A DNA stretch of 64,000 nt, taken from the NCBI GenBank assembly GCA_001655205.1, contig LPNZ01010610.1, positions 21,631-85,630 of the forward strand, given 5' to 3'. The position numbers and the translations under genes are program-made. The notes under the pieces are model-generated. The model was not told the DNA's origin, made no database searches, and saw only the letters and a list, made by a program, of their open reading frames with translations. Shown here in pieces: positions 1-14,000 of this stretch. How positions within the stretch are numbered: position 1 is the first letter of the stretch; the number at the start of each line of letters is the position of its first letter. This DNA comes from Lenisia limosa (Eukaryota; Protista; Breviatea).

Positions 1-3000
1 ACCCCAGTAAAAGTCTCCGAATGGTCCTCCTCCTCATTGCACTCAATGGCGACACCTTCCACTTCACCCGGGGCAGCGCTGGAGGGGTTCGGTGTGCTAC
101 ACACCTCGCCCATTTCCCTGCTCTCTTGGAGAGTCTTGGGTGTAAGAGAAAGCAATTCGGTATCTGGCCAAATCTGAGAACTTCAGTCCCCTAGTAACTC
201 TTGTTTAGCCAATTTGAATCATTTTCATGAACTCATAGCTCTCTCCCAGCCTACAGCCTCAGACTCGTGAGTCTCATGATTGGGTGGAATACGGGAGCCC
301 CAGATACGGCCTAAATATGTTCAGTAACCGTAGTCTCCAAAAGTACTTCATTCTTGGACTGAACTGAACAGCATCGATATGGCATTCCTATCTCACCGAT
401 ACCGCAGCAGAACACTTTGGTTTTGAACTTCTTCTCATAGAACAGGACAACAGTGGGGAAGAACGTGATAACAGAGATGTAGTTGCACAAAACAATCATG
501 GCACTGAAGATACCAAAGGTTCGGATTGCGGGAAAACTTGATAACTAAAGACCAGTTACAGGGAGAGAAATTAAGGTGGCATTTAAAAGATTTTTGAAGA
601 ATAATGAGCTGTCTGTGTTAACTTGAAGAACCCCTGCATCAGAATGACTATGTATCAGAATGTAAACAAGAGCGTCCACCGAACCCACGGCGTTGGCAAG
701 GAAAGACGCAATGGTGGTGGCTGAAGTCACCAACATAGCACTGGCAGCATGGCGAAGGGTCCTAAGCGGTCACTGCTGCTCATTGTTTCTTAGGTTGGTT
801 TTTGAAAAGAAAGTAGCATACCAAGACATTCTGGCTTCAGGAGTACCTGAGATAACGGATGGTTGCATGGATGAAATACTCCACGTGTCCTGGGGGTGTG
901 AAAGACAATGGGAAATGCAATCGTCCTTTCATATTCTGAGTTGCTGTGATAAAAGCTCTTCAGTACCATATTAGAGACTCCTCTAATTGCCCCAGCCACA
1001 ACTCACCAATAGAACGAAGACGTCGTCAACACCAATACCAAGAATAATGAAAATGGCCAAGATGTTGAAGACCTAAAACGCTGTCAAAAACTGAACCCGT
1101 TTGGAACATTAATTAGTAGCCCCATTTACTCCAAAATATTGCTGCCAAAAGACAAAGCGATAGAGGAAGTAAGCGGGGAAGAAGCAGAGTACAATCTGGC
1201 CCATAGCCATGAAGGACAGGAACCAAGACCTTGAGTGTGAGAGTTGGAATGCTTGCATGGACGTATTATGTGAAATCAAATAGAAATTAAACCAAATTCA
1301 CAAAAAAAAAATCCATTTCTTTAGAAATAGACGGCCATGCCCACTTGGTCATATAAGCGAGGTAGAAGAGGACGAACACGAACGATCCAATAGCCCAAAG
1401 ACCGTCCGTCATCATTTGCTGCCCAATGAACCGCTCCATCATATTCGCACCGTTGTACCAGACCTGAGGGGGATGATGCTGGATACTACCGAAGGCACCA
1501 GTAAACAAAGAACAAAGTGAATTTACTGAGAACAAAAGCGTAGTCCCCACAGTGAGCCGGCTCGTAGAAGCGTCCTTCAAAGTAGGCTCAAGAGAGTCCC
1601 AAAGGAAGTCAGTGATATCTTCGAGCTGTTGTTCGGGGTCATCTTCGACAGACGTGTAACCTTCAAGAGGGAAGGCAAATTGGAACCTTCAAACGTCAAC
1701 GTGTAACTATTATGCAAACACAAGACATAATTAATAGTCGGGTACCGCACCTGGTTCTAACAGACGCCGCTGTCTCCACACCCGCGCCAAACGAGGCGTC
1801 TGCCATCAGCAGCCTAGGTGGTTAGAAGGATTGTGTCTACTTGATTACGGAATCGTTGTTCCCTTCCCCCCAAATGATAACACTGACCATGTTACCCCGA
1901 AGGCCTACATAGAAAGAGACGCCCGGCCTTCTGGCGTGGGGCTGTAAGGCGAGCCGTTGGCATACTGGTTGAGCTTCAGGTCGCGGAACTCTTTGCTCAA
2001 CTTCATTTGATCCGGGGTGCAACCTCCGTCTGTCACTGTAAGCACTATATACAGGCAAGGCGCTTTCCCATCATTTAAATATTATATGATAGTGTATATT
2101 ACATTGTTTATCTCGAAAATGGAAGAATTGGTCCAGAGCCCTCCCAACCAATATCGCAATCAAGAAGACCGGCAGGTAAGGCGCCGGCCTGTTCACACGT
2201 GTTGTTGCCACTGGGGGTACAAGCCCACACAATGGAGAGAGGCGCGGTACAGGGTGGTAACTCTCCTTTGTTTAGGGCGATCTTCTCATCGTTGGTTACT
2301 GGGTACAGTGATAAACAAGGAAATGGATAGCTCTCTTGGACAGATGATACCCAAAGCTTCTCATTATCGTCCCCTCACAATTGGCATTCAAAACTGAATC
2401 TGGCCAATCAAGAAGACAGTATTTGGAGTAGTCTTCGTGCTGGTAGATCTTCTTTTCGAGTGCAACCATTTCCTAACGTGTGAACATGATCCAGAGCCAG
2501 GCATATCATACCATGAAACAACCCGTCCATACCTCCAAGAACAACCCGTCCATACCTCCAAAAATTGGATTTCAAAGACACTTCCTCCCTCGGTCACATA
2601 AATGAGTTCCAACTCAATATCGGCACCTGTTGGTGTCAAAATGAATATGAATGGTGCTTAGTGTTGAATTTTGGTTATTTCCCCCATCCTTCGAACAACC
2701 CGACAAAAGGGGTCCAATTGAAAAGCAGCAGGACACACCCCCTCCCACCAGTGCTGTCCAGAGACACTGAACGGCGGAGGTCCACTTCACCAGGGGCAGA
2801 TTTGACCTTGGCCACGTCCTAATGGGTCACACAGGCGCCTTAGTGATTTAAAGAGGAATGATAAAACAACAATACAGTTATTGATTAAATATAATAGATC
2901 GTAGGTTGTACATATGTATATGATATTGTATATCGATATGTATATGATATATAACTATGTCTTGAACACAATTGTGCACCTCCCCCACTAGTCCTTCATT

Positions 3001-3540
3001 GTAGGCGTCTTGCCGTTCCTGGGTTCTGTGGCCTCGAAGATAAAGGGGAACCTGGGGGAGGGGGTTACAGAGGGATATCAACCGAGAAAAGCCCAGAATA
3101 TAAAATGAAAACAGTTTCAGTACAAAGAAATCAACAGTGACCCCCCTCCCCCCCACATCATTTTTGTAAGGGAAGAACCAGGAACCGAGTGTGATGGCCA
3201 TGATAATCATAAGGAGGAAAATTGTACAGAGAGAGCAACACCCAATGGAGAAGGCCTTTCCGGGGCTTGCCACCATCCTAGAGGGGTAAATGGGATCCCA
3301 AGAGCAAAGAATAAAGGAAAATAATGGGCGAAGAAGCAATACCCCCCCCCCCCNNNNNNNNNNNNNNNNNNNNNNNNNNNNNNNNNNNNNNNNNNNNNNN
3401 NNNNNNNNNNNNNNNNNNNNNNNNNNNNNNNNNNNNNNNNNNNNNNNNNNNNNNNNNNNNNNNNNNNNNNNNNNNTGCTTGTCATCATGTCCGTCGCTAT
3501 GTTGTGCCGCGGGCTGTGAGCCTTCAGAAGCAGCTCCCAT
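1..3540 (-). CDS. Dispatched-like RND/sterol-sensing-domain membrane transporter; multi-exon, 3' end runs off the window
   Basis: Spliced peptides: N-terminus MGAASEGSQPAAQ; TM1 KAFSIGCCSLCTIFLLMIIMAITLGSWFF (~3180-3270); luminal EMVALEKKIYQHEDYSKYCLL; SSD motif FNILAIFIILGIGVDDVFVL (GxxxD, ~1010-1075); AMLVTSATTIASFLANA (~690-740); LCNYISVITFFPTVVLFYEK. These match the Dispatched branch of the Patched/NPC1/Disp family. Confidence 0.85.
2517..2561 (-). repeat. 23-bp tandem duplication spanning a 5' splice site
   Basis: aacaacccgtccatacctccaa(g) occurs twice; on the minus strand each copy carries ttggag|GTatgg. Confidence 0.9.
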
Positions 3541-4212
3541 TCCTTAAGGTTTAACTTGTTATGCTTTAAACACGCTCGTGCTTGGAGGGCCTTCAACACC
3601 CAATCGGGGGAAGAAAGCATGAGGAACGAGGACCAGAACAGGTATCAAAGCACAGGGTACCATTTTTCCACCACAATAAGATATGTTGTCATTATTTATT
3701 AAATCTATCAAAATATAGACACAAGCCCTCTTCCCACCTTCCGACTGAACGATCACACGGGGAATAGTGAGGGCGTGAAATCAAGGGGACAGGTCTTCTT
3801 TTGAGTTGAACAGCCTCCTGCTGTGAAGTAGATCAAATGTCGATAAAGAGACTGAGAGGAGCGTGTTACAGAACAGATGCGGGCAAGATCCGCTTCAAGA
3901 AAAGAATGTAGAGGCGGAGATTAGTAAAACCGCTTATAAAGAGTTTAGCTTCTTCTTATAATTCGTTTCCAAGAAGAAAATGTGAATTGGAAGGCCTAAG
4001 TGTAATTCCAAAAATTCGTCCGAAACAGTTGTGGCTTCTGTAGTAACTTTGTGAAGCTTTAATTGTAATTTAACATTATTAAATATTATTAATAAATCAA
4101 TAAAGTCATTTAAATGGCAAGTAATTAATATTGTTAGAATGTTAATTCAGTCAATTCACAATGTGTATTTGCAACTCAGTCGTCCATCGTGCCAAACTTT
4201 CAAGTCCCCGCC

Positions 4213-4703
4213 CAAGGGGCTGAAACTCCCGGAAATAGACGGGATCTAGAGAATCTTCAGAGAAACAAAGAATTTACTGGAGAAATGCCAGATCCCAACG
4301 AGATCCTCACGAGTTCCCAAGAACCCTCGCCCCCTGTTTTTTTTTTTTTTTTTTTTTTNNNNNNNNNNNNNNNNNNNNNNNNNNNNNNNNNNNNNNNNNN
4401 NNNNNNNNNNNNNNNNNNNNNCAAGTTTCATCAGTTTCATCCTTTATCAAAACAACTCAACAACAAACCTCCATATCTTTGCCAAATCTTGTCCATATCC
4501 ATATCATCCACATATCTACACTCCATACACAATCCAATCCAAAAAAAACCATATTTATATCATTATTGAGATAGATTGGTATATGTGATTGCTGTCCTTT
4601 TTTGGTGGGGGAACGCCGCCAGATCCCTAACCAGATCCCAGATCCCTGACTACCATAACCAGATCCCTGGATCCCATCTATTTCCGGGAGTTTCAGCCCC
4701 TTG
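4213..4703. mobile_element. Non-autonomous TIR element (hAT-like MITE candidate), intergenic
   Basis: 4213-4256 and the reverse complement of 4661-4703 share 27 identical terminal nt (caaggggctgaaactcccggaaataga) and stay similar to about 44 nt. Termini are CAAGG/CCTTG. Flanking 8-mers tccccgcc and cccccgcg match at 6/8 positions (possible decayed 8-bp TSD). Contains one gap. Confidence 0.6.
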
Positions 4704-5049
4704 CCCCCGCGCTTCGCCTCCGCGTCTGTCTGCGACACTCTCCAGTCAAACCATATGTATATCTCACACCCCGTCCCCGTGGAGGANNNNNNNNNNNNNN
4801 NNNNNNNNNNNNNNNNNNNNNNNNNCGCCAGTCCGGAGGACTCTTTTTGTTTTTTCCGTCTTTTGTTTCCCCCTTTTGCCCTTCTTTTATTTTCTTCCAG
4901 GAAATGGGCCAAAATCAATTTGTAATTTGTGTTAGGAATTTTTCAATTTAATGGATTACAATTGGATTATCAATAAATGGCACCTATTAAATTCACAAAT
5001 TCAAGCCATATTTCTCAGGAATTGTTTAAAGTCCAGAGAGTTGTATGTC

Positions 5050-8000
5050 AAAATTTGTCACAATTTTTACAATACACTAAAAAATAAAGGACAAAAAATA
5101 CTAGTAGGAGGAGTTGTATATAAATAATAAATAATATTCCCAGGAAGTCAGGAGCAAGCCGGGGGTTCCGACACATTGGGGATGACAAAAATACAATATA
5201 AGTTTACCTGGGAGTATGACCATGTTCTAGAATGGTACACCGCTCACTGCCACTCAAAATGACCTGTACATCGTAATGCTCCTCACTTAACTACTTGTCC
5301 GATAAATAAGAAGACCCACACAAGAACAAGAGAACTGTGTGTAAGGTAAGGAGGGAAGGCACAGCCTCCTCAGGCACAAGGGTAACCCCGAAATAGAACC
5401 GGTTGACTTTTACAACAACAGAGATACAGAGTTATCATTGGAATATTGGAACCGTTGAACTGAATAATAATACATCAAAGGAGAAAAGGAGTGAAACAAA
5501 TATCGAAATAATAATCGTGTCATATATGATATGACTCAAAAAAAAAAACCGGAATAGAAAATACAAAAAAAAAAACAANNNNNNNNNNNNNNNNNNNNNN
5601 NNNNNNNNNNNNNNNNNNNNNNNNNNNNNNNNNNNNNNNNNNNNNNNNCATCGCGTTCCAGGTCAAGATCATCCTCATTCGGTGCCAAAATCGGGTCTTT
5701 CTCAAGCTCACGCTCCAGAGCCAGTAGCCCGGCATCGGATTCCGTTTCAGTTGTGAAATCATCAACAACAATCTGGGGGCGGGGGGTAAAAGGAGAAATG
5801 AAAGCATTGTATTTCATCAACTCTCTTGGCAAATAGAAGAGGTGATCTTAACATGAGAACCTCTTCACATCACCCACGTCGGAATCCATGGAGTCGATAT
5901 CCTGGTCCTGAGTTCTATACACTGATGAGCTCGCCGACATTGATGACGTCATGGTTGACGACTCCAGTGCTATAGAACCAGAGGCACTGTCAAAGTCCTC
6001 CGTACTCTGGGAGGGGAGGGGGGAGTAAAATGGGAAAATTTATGAAACAAAAAAAAAGCCGAATCAACTCTGTTGGTTGACAACACACGAGGGTTAAGAA
6101 CAACAAAACAAAAAATAGCCCAGGCCAGTCGTTTCTGCAGCACAGCATCGAGGGAGGGTAACAGCAGGCTGACTAATGAAAAACATAACTGGCGAAATAC
6201 TGAGTGAACAAGGCCATCACTACAGCCATCCAAGTGTGCTTGAGATAAACTGAGCAATGAGCCTGGCGCCCATCTCCCCACCTGGATGTTGTCAAGGTCT
6301 TCCTCCAGAGGAACTGCCTTGCCCGAAGTAGTCGCTTCAATGTAAACAATGAGAGCGATAAACAGAATGTTGCCACAAAGCAGCACCAGAACCACCACTG
6401 TCCAAAGGTCACGATAGTGGGTGCTCACAGCTTTCTGATAGGGTGAGTGGCATGGATACTATTTCTTGTCACATCACCATACATCTGGGCCTAGAACACC
6501 CCCCCCCCCNNNNNNNNNNNNNNNNNNNNNNNNNNNNNNNNNNNNNNNNNNNNNNNNNNNNNNNNNNNNNNNNNNNNNGTCCCATTGAATCCAGGGTAGT
6601 AAGCCGAGGCGACAGGTACGGTCGGAACCGCTCGTTAGCGAAGAGAGAACAACTCAGGAATCCGAGACAGAGGGCCACCTGGAGAGGGGGGTTAGTCCAA
6701 CTCCCATTCGAGTTTATCAGGGTAAAAGAGACACGTAGTGAGGGCCCCGGTGATTTGGTAGTGCCAAATTGCATTTGGAAGATAACAAAGCTGGCCCCAA
6801 CCTGAGTAGACGGGTTGTTGATGATCAACAAGGCTATAACCACTGCAAGAAGTCTCAGCAGCACCACCGCTTCCCACATCGCCGTCTCGTCCTTATAACG
6901 ACTATGCAAGAATCCCGTCCTGGTGAGAGGTGAGAGAAATCGAACAAAAAAGATCAAATGGAGAGATGAGGGGACAATAAAATAGAAAGTACCATCAGGG
7001 TAGAGTTATTGATTATAATATACCAATTCACCCAATCATTTGCCTCTAAATCTTCACACAGCTTTCTATTTGTCGCCCCATTATAATGACAGTCTAAGTG
7101 GAGGCTAATCGTAGCGCTTTTACTCAAAAATAGATGATCAATAACACGAATTTGCTCACCACCTAAGCCAATCCACCTCCTCACTTGGCGAACCACCTTA
7201 GCCAATCCACCTCCTCACTTGGCGAACACCCGCGGGCGATAAAGCTTCTCCCTTCTCATGATGATGAAGAAGGCCACTGCCGCAGGGATGAGGATTACGT
7301 AAGCAACCACGCCGAGAAGAACGTATATCAAGAAGGCCTTGTGGTCGGATTCAAAACAAGTCACCGACGGGTCTGTGGGGGGGGGGGGGGNNNNNNNNNN
7401 NNNNNNNNNNNNNNNNNNNNNNNNNNNNNNNNNNNNNNNNNNNNNNNNNNNNNNNNNNNNNNNNNNNNNNNNNNNNNNNNNNNNNNNNNNNNNNNNNNNN
7501 NNNNNNNNNNNNNNNNNNNNNNNACTCGAGGACAAACCACGAGATGGGAATATATAGCATTACCATAAGGAGAAAGAATGACCGAATTGCTGCGTGTTTC
7601 ATGGCCTTGTGGGCTGGGACCTGAGGGGGAGTAAATCTGGAGTATTTATGAAACAAAACAATCGACTCTGTTGGCCAAGCACTTCGAAACACACTTGGGG
7701 TTAGTATTATTGTTGTATTGTTTTTTGTAATATTTGAGTATTTAACTCTCTTCACCTACGTCAGACTGGGCAGCTACGATTTTGCCGGACTTTGTCAAAT
7801 ACAGGCCGATGGCAAAGCAGATGAGAATGACCACCAGGATAGCAATAGGGATGAGGAGTTTCAGAGTCATAATAGTGAAGTATCCGAGCTGGACAAGATG
7901 AGTTCGACCAAAATAATTATAAACTCAAATATACTTATCAAATGATAAGTCAAAGAGATTCTATTTGATGACGGAGCAATTAATGCAAAGGATGCTTTAG

Positions 8001-11000
8001 AGGCTATTCGTGAAATACAGGTGTTTTATGTGAATTATTGTCGGGGTATGATGCTGTTGAGAAATCTTGAAATTACCCACCTTTTGTGCAAGTGAGCACT
8101 CGGGAGCTGCAACCTATAGAGTTATTAGGAATAGATATAAAAAAAGACTTCAACACATCACTTGCAGAAAAAAACAAGACATTATTCACACACGAAGTCT
8201 AGTCATTCCCACCTCGATGTTGAGAGTGAAGGAAGAGAAGACGTTGAGTACAGCGTCAACCTCAGGCGGCCAATTGATAGAAAACTGCCCATACAGGCCG
8301 GTCACCTGGATTTGCATATTATGCGACAGAAATACATATAGCTGCTATATATATTATCATCATATCATATCTTAGAAAACAACTGAAACTAGAGGTAAAT
8401 GGGAGGAGAACGATGCTTTGTGGAGTATAAAAAACACTATGATGAGGCTCATTTCACCAAACCTGAATGAAAGCGACCAGGATCCTGAGGGCCGCCCATC
8501 TAGCGTTGTGTTTCGGGCGGTAAGACATTACAAACACCACCGACACAGTCAGGACAAATGCTATGACCACCAAAGGGAGTATGAACCTGGAACAAAGATG
8601 AGAGAAAAGATGAGGGTAAGACATGAAGACCACCTCAGTCACACCCTCCTACTTGTCATTCTCTGAACACTTCTTGCAGGAGTTATCCCGCTTGTACCAT
8701 CCAGCTTGACAGAGGGCACACAAATTGCCTTCATAGCCGTCCTCGCATGTCCCTCCTAAAACAATTATTTTGCTATGGATAGAATGAAGAATGTCAAAGT
8801 GCCAGGAAAGCATACCCAAAACACAGGCTTCTTCAATAGGACACTGAATGAAGGATGATCCGTCCACACTTCTGTAGTAGCCCGGAGCAGGAATAGGCGC
8901 TGCAAGATCAGAAAATGAACAGGACTGTTGAGAGTTTCAATTCTAAACACAGCCCCCCCCCCCCCCNNNNNNNNNNNNNNNNNNNNNNNNNNNNNNNNNN
9001 NNNNNNNNNNNNNNNNNNNNNNNNNNNNNNNNNNNNNNNNNNNGGTAGAAGCCGGTAAGACACACGCAGTCTTGCGCGGCAGTGGCGCCAACAAAGAGCG
9101 TTTCTGTGTTCTCCGGACAGGAGCTACATGTACCCAGGTTGGAGGTATCGCTGAGAGGAAAAGTGAATGATTGAAAACAAAAAAATTACAACCAGTGATC
9201 ATAACCAAAGTAAATGTTGTTATGGGGTCAACAAGTTAATTTACGAGTATGATTGATCCCAGCCCCTTCAATAATTTCTTTGCCCCCTCCCCACGAGAAG
9301 GTATTCGAGGAGCACAGCACGCATTCTTCGCTGTCGAGAACGAACTCGCTTCCCTTGGGGCATTTACAGTCGCGGCTGGAGGGGACGGCTACCATGCCAG
9401 GCCGGCAGATGCAGGAGGCAGTGGAGGGACAGCCAGCAAATCCTGGGAGTGAAAAGCGAAGGCAACAAGGGCGTGTGAAGGCCCTATTATGAATGATATA
9501 ATATATTAGGAATGATAGTATATGTAGAGTGAACGGGATAAGTCTTGACCGATTTTCCTAGGGAAATCATAGAGCAAATCAGTCAAGACTTATCCCAGTT
9601 ACTGTACATAGCAGCATCATTTTGCCCAGGACGCACCGGTGAGACGGTAGAGGCCCTCGCAAGGAGTGCACTCAGTGGAGTCCAGTTCAGAAGAGTACGT
9701 GTTGATGGGACATTGTACACATACGCCGGAGTCAACCTGGGGGTTAGAAGAAACAATATGGAGAAGGACCTACTCTGGAGCCAGGACCACAGCGACATTG
9801 TGTGCCATTCAGAACTGAATTGGCAAGTTCCACTGAACAAGGTGCAGCCTTAATGGCACTGGCCTGACAGTGTTAGACCAACATGTCCATGAGTGGTAAA
9901 CCCAAACTTACATAGGTCATGGCTCCAAAGTCTCCTGTGGCGGTAATCTGAAAGGTTTAACCATATTAAAAGCCAATATTGAACTACCACATGCCCTTTT
10001 ACGGCAGCATTCTTCTGATTATTCCATAAGTACATTAAAAAAGGTAGTGATAACGCAAAAAGAAAATACCAAATCTAAGCAAGACATACCGTGTATGATA
10101 CGTTGCCTTGATGAGCTGATAAAATAAGGTTGTCAAAAGTGGCATCCCCACTATCATCAGAAATGGCGATGTTGCCGGAAATGCCTGAAGAGATAAATTA
10201 TTAGTATTTGTTGTTTGAAACAATATATTATAAGCTGAAATTGGCGTCGAGCAAGAGAGAACGAGCCTCAGTCTAGCACACTACTTGATCAATATATTCC
10301 CACTCAGACTTGACTCCAAGAATCATTGTTTTTTTAAAAACTACCCTTCCCCACCATCAACGGTTCAACCCTTCCCCACCATCAACGGTTCAACAGTGAA
10401 AGTGACAACGGTATTCCTCCCACCATGATCTGGTTCAACAGTGATAGTGACAACGGTATCAGGAATAATGCTGAAGCCACCCTCAATTTCGTTGAATGTC
10501 TGAAGGGGTCAGAAGCAACCCAGTAGTTGATAACAGTCAAAAACAAGCAATATATATAATTATATACCATATATGCATATATATATAATGTAATATTATA
10601 CCACGAATCTAATTAAAAGTTAATTCGCAAAAGATAACTTTGAAAAACGCAATCAGGAGACCGCAACCTACGAAGACAGTAATGGTGGGCATGACTTTTC
10701 CTGACACAATGTGTTCCGGTGGAGTGGAGGTAAATGACGCTTGGACTTGCCAGTTGATTGGGATTGCCACCGATAGTGGACTATATGCGAGCTGTTGATC
10801 ATGATTGATGCCATCCATGGTAGAAAATATATCATATCAAATAAGTATGATATAGTAGTATGTATATTATATAATTATATATATCATATGTATCATATAC
10901 TATACTATATTACATGTGTTTACAATCAATATGCAGATATGTATGTATACTTGTATAATATCAATTTGAATTAATAAAACAGTACCCCCCCACATACATC

Positions 11001-14000
11001 AATTACAAGATCATTGGTTCCTATGAATAGTTCTACTGGCTCTAGGAAATCACATATCACTTGATCAAAGTATATGGTTGTAACAGCAGTTTGGCTATTA
11101 GCTTCACAGACGATGGGAGCGGAGGTGCAGAATGTGCCCTGAAATGTCAGTAAGGCAGGGCAACAGTTTGTTTGTTTGACCACTCGAATAGAAATAGCTG
11201 GCCTTGTCCATCATACAAAAATCCCGAACGTTAACACTCTCCCAAAAAATAGGAATTATCAGAGCCATATGTGTCTGTAGTGAGGAGAACTCCCTTTATG
11301 CGAGTAATCCATCATACAAAGAGCGTGAACTGCGACGGAACGTTTTCGGGATCAATAGAGTTGGGAGCAGAGCCCGTAATCTCCATGTTGTTGATTCCGG
11401 TAATGAGCAATGATTCTCCTTTGACTGCGTTACGAGGCGCAATGTTCGCTGATACTTTACCTTAAGCTGTCACAGAACAAGAACCCCAACAACACTGCGG
11501 CCGAGAACAAGAACCCTGGCCCACATCCATTGTATTCGTATTCTGCGATATTGAACACACAGGCAGGTTCCATACAGGCTTGGGTGAGTGTCAACGGAGG
11601 GAACCCCTCCTCAAGGTCGCTTAAACTATTTTGATAAGAAAGGCTAGATCCAAGATTATCACAATATCTTGTAATACGGAATACAAATCATTTTGACATC
11701 ATAATGTAAAAAGCAAAACACCAAGGTGTAGGCCAACATAAGTTCGTAGTTCCCAAAGGTCGAAATGCCGAAAGCCAGCTCTTGACCATGCTTTACGTCT
11801 AATAGCTCAGTTAAGAGCACAGCTGGCTCGTATGTCTGAGTGCATAAGAATCAGCAGTCAATATTGTAGTTTGAATCCAAACAAGGTAACTCCCCTCTTC
11901 CTTGCACACATTGACGGATGTGGAAACATCGTAAATAATACCGGAGTCCCAGGCAAAGAGGTCGTACTGTTTGTTGATGCCTGTCGTGTGATCTGCTGTG
12001 TAGTAGGAAGTACCGGTCTATAGGGGTTATGGGTCTGGCGCCATTCGTAAAAAAGAATAAATGTATATATCAGATAATTGTGCATATTATTTCGTTTTGT
12101 TTTTGTTTCAAATGAGCAGTAATATTCCAACTAGAAATAGCGCGGCTAATACCGGATATCAATACAATTGTCAGATCACATCATAAAACCGCATCAGAAA
12201 GAGAGGTAATTCGAGGTTTCAAACGAACTTTAAAAAGTTTGAGGTGGAACTCTGGAACTTGAGTTATCGGGTCGAAAAACATCAAGTAAACGATAGACGA
12301 GAGCTCGTTGTCAACTGCTGGGTAAAATATCACTACCTTGAGAGGGGACAGAGCAGTTTTCACTAGTCCATATTATGTATCATATATTATATAAGCATAT
12401 GCATACTATATGATAAAATATGTAATATATGCATCATATACATATCATATGTATATGCTCAAGGTCCAAAATTATGACGTTAATTCGAATTAATGTCGTT
12501 AATTATTTACGATCGCCAAATCAGCAATTCCCCTTCAAAACAGTAAAATATTTCTGAGATATACACACTTTATTCGTTGATGAAGGGAAACAAAGAAAAA
12601 AAAATAACCTTTCAAAATTATTTTTTTGTAAGTCAGCACTTAATCGTGGAAATTTAATTTTTTAGCACCACGCTCGCGCAATTATGTTTCAGTTTGTGCT
12701 CGCATTTTCCTCATATTTTCTTTTTTTACGAGTTAAATTGTTGTGAAGTTGAGCGTAACATGAAAAAGAGACAGTCACAGAAAAATGAATTAACGACATA
12801 GTTTAGGATCTCGAGCAAATATGATTATGTTTTATTGAAAAGATGCCCCCCCCCCCCCACTATTCAACTCAATTTGAANNNNNNNNNNNNNNNNNNNNNN
12901 NNNNNNNNNNNNNNNNNNNNNNNNNNNNNNNNNNNNNNNNNNNNNNNNNNNNNNNNNNNNNNNNNACGGTAAGGTGCGTCATTTGTCTTGATGATGAGCC
13001 CTTGCCCAATTCCCTGGGTCAAGAGATCACGAGGAACAAAAATAATGTGAGACAAAGATGAAAAGTTGCGAATTCGGATTTGTTGACTTACGAATGTCAA
13101 CCTTCTTTCAAATAATAAATTTCATGTGATACTACTTTAACCAATTGAATAATACAGAAGACCAAGCAATAAGCCTCAATATGCCTACCACAACAGAGTA
13201 CATATCCAGGCTCTGCCTCGTTGTTCGCCACCACCCGTTTCCGTAGTACTCCGCATCGGTACCGTACGGAACTACTTTGAAGTAGAGGTAACCAAATGCT
13301 GGAGGAGTTAGGAATAGTCTGGTTAAATCTGGTTGGTATTTTATTGACTGAATTGTGAAAAGAGACTCAAAACGGATGTTTTGGCGAACTTTAAGGTAAT
13401 ACTATATTGGGTGAAGCTCAAAGAAGCGTCATCACGAAGGGCCACTCACAGTCTAGGATCACAGCCTCCTCCACGTTGTCAAAGTCGATGGAGATTGGAA
13501 GGCCCCGTGTGATGGGCGGATTGTAACTGAACCAGTCCCAATAACGCGGTGCACTGCCAAGTTCGAAAGTAGTGTACTGTTTTGGTGAATCTGTTTTTTT
13601 TTTAAACTGAATTTAAAGTTCAAAGTTCAACATAACTTGAGAAATATCAAACAAAGCTCGAAGCCTACTTCTTGAGATGGGTTCATACTTCCCATATCTT
13701 CTTCTTCATGTGAAATCACAAAATTACCTGAAAGAGTAATCTATGTGAGATCGCCAATTCATATCAATTGAAATAAGCCTACCATCCAAGGTGGTGATGC
13801 AGTCGTATGAGCAATATCGTGGAGGTGTTGCGGCATTGTAGCTAACAGTTGTTCCAGACATCTTTACTACCTTACGGTTGTCGGTAACTATGATGTCAAG
13901 GTATGATAAGGCAAAGGAGTGGAATGCAGCTGAGGTTGTATGATTGTATTTCATATTATTACCCAGCAAACCCGAAAGGTACACCAAAGGGGTGTAGTAG

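Noticed and set aside
4189-4935. Several 110-150 aa ORFs in the ORF track
   Set aside because: They span N gaps and the inverted-repeat element, have no recognisable motifs and overlap on both strands; likely spurious.
11795-11830. tRNA D-arm-like tagctcagttaagagcac
   Set aside because: No T-arm or acceptor stem; it lies at an exon/intron boundary of the minus-strand gene.
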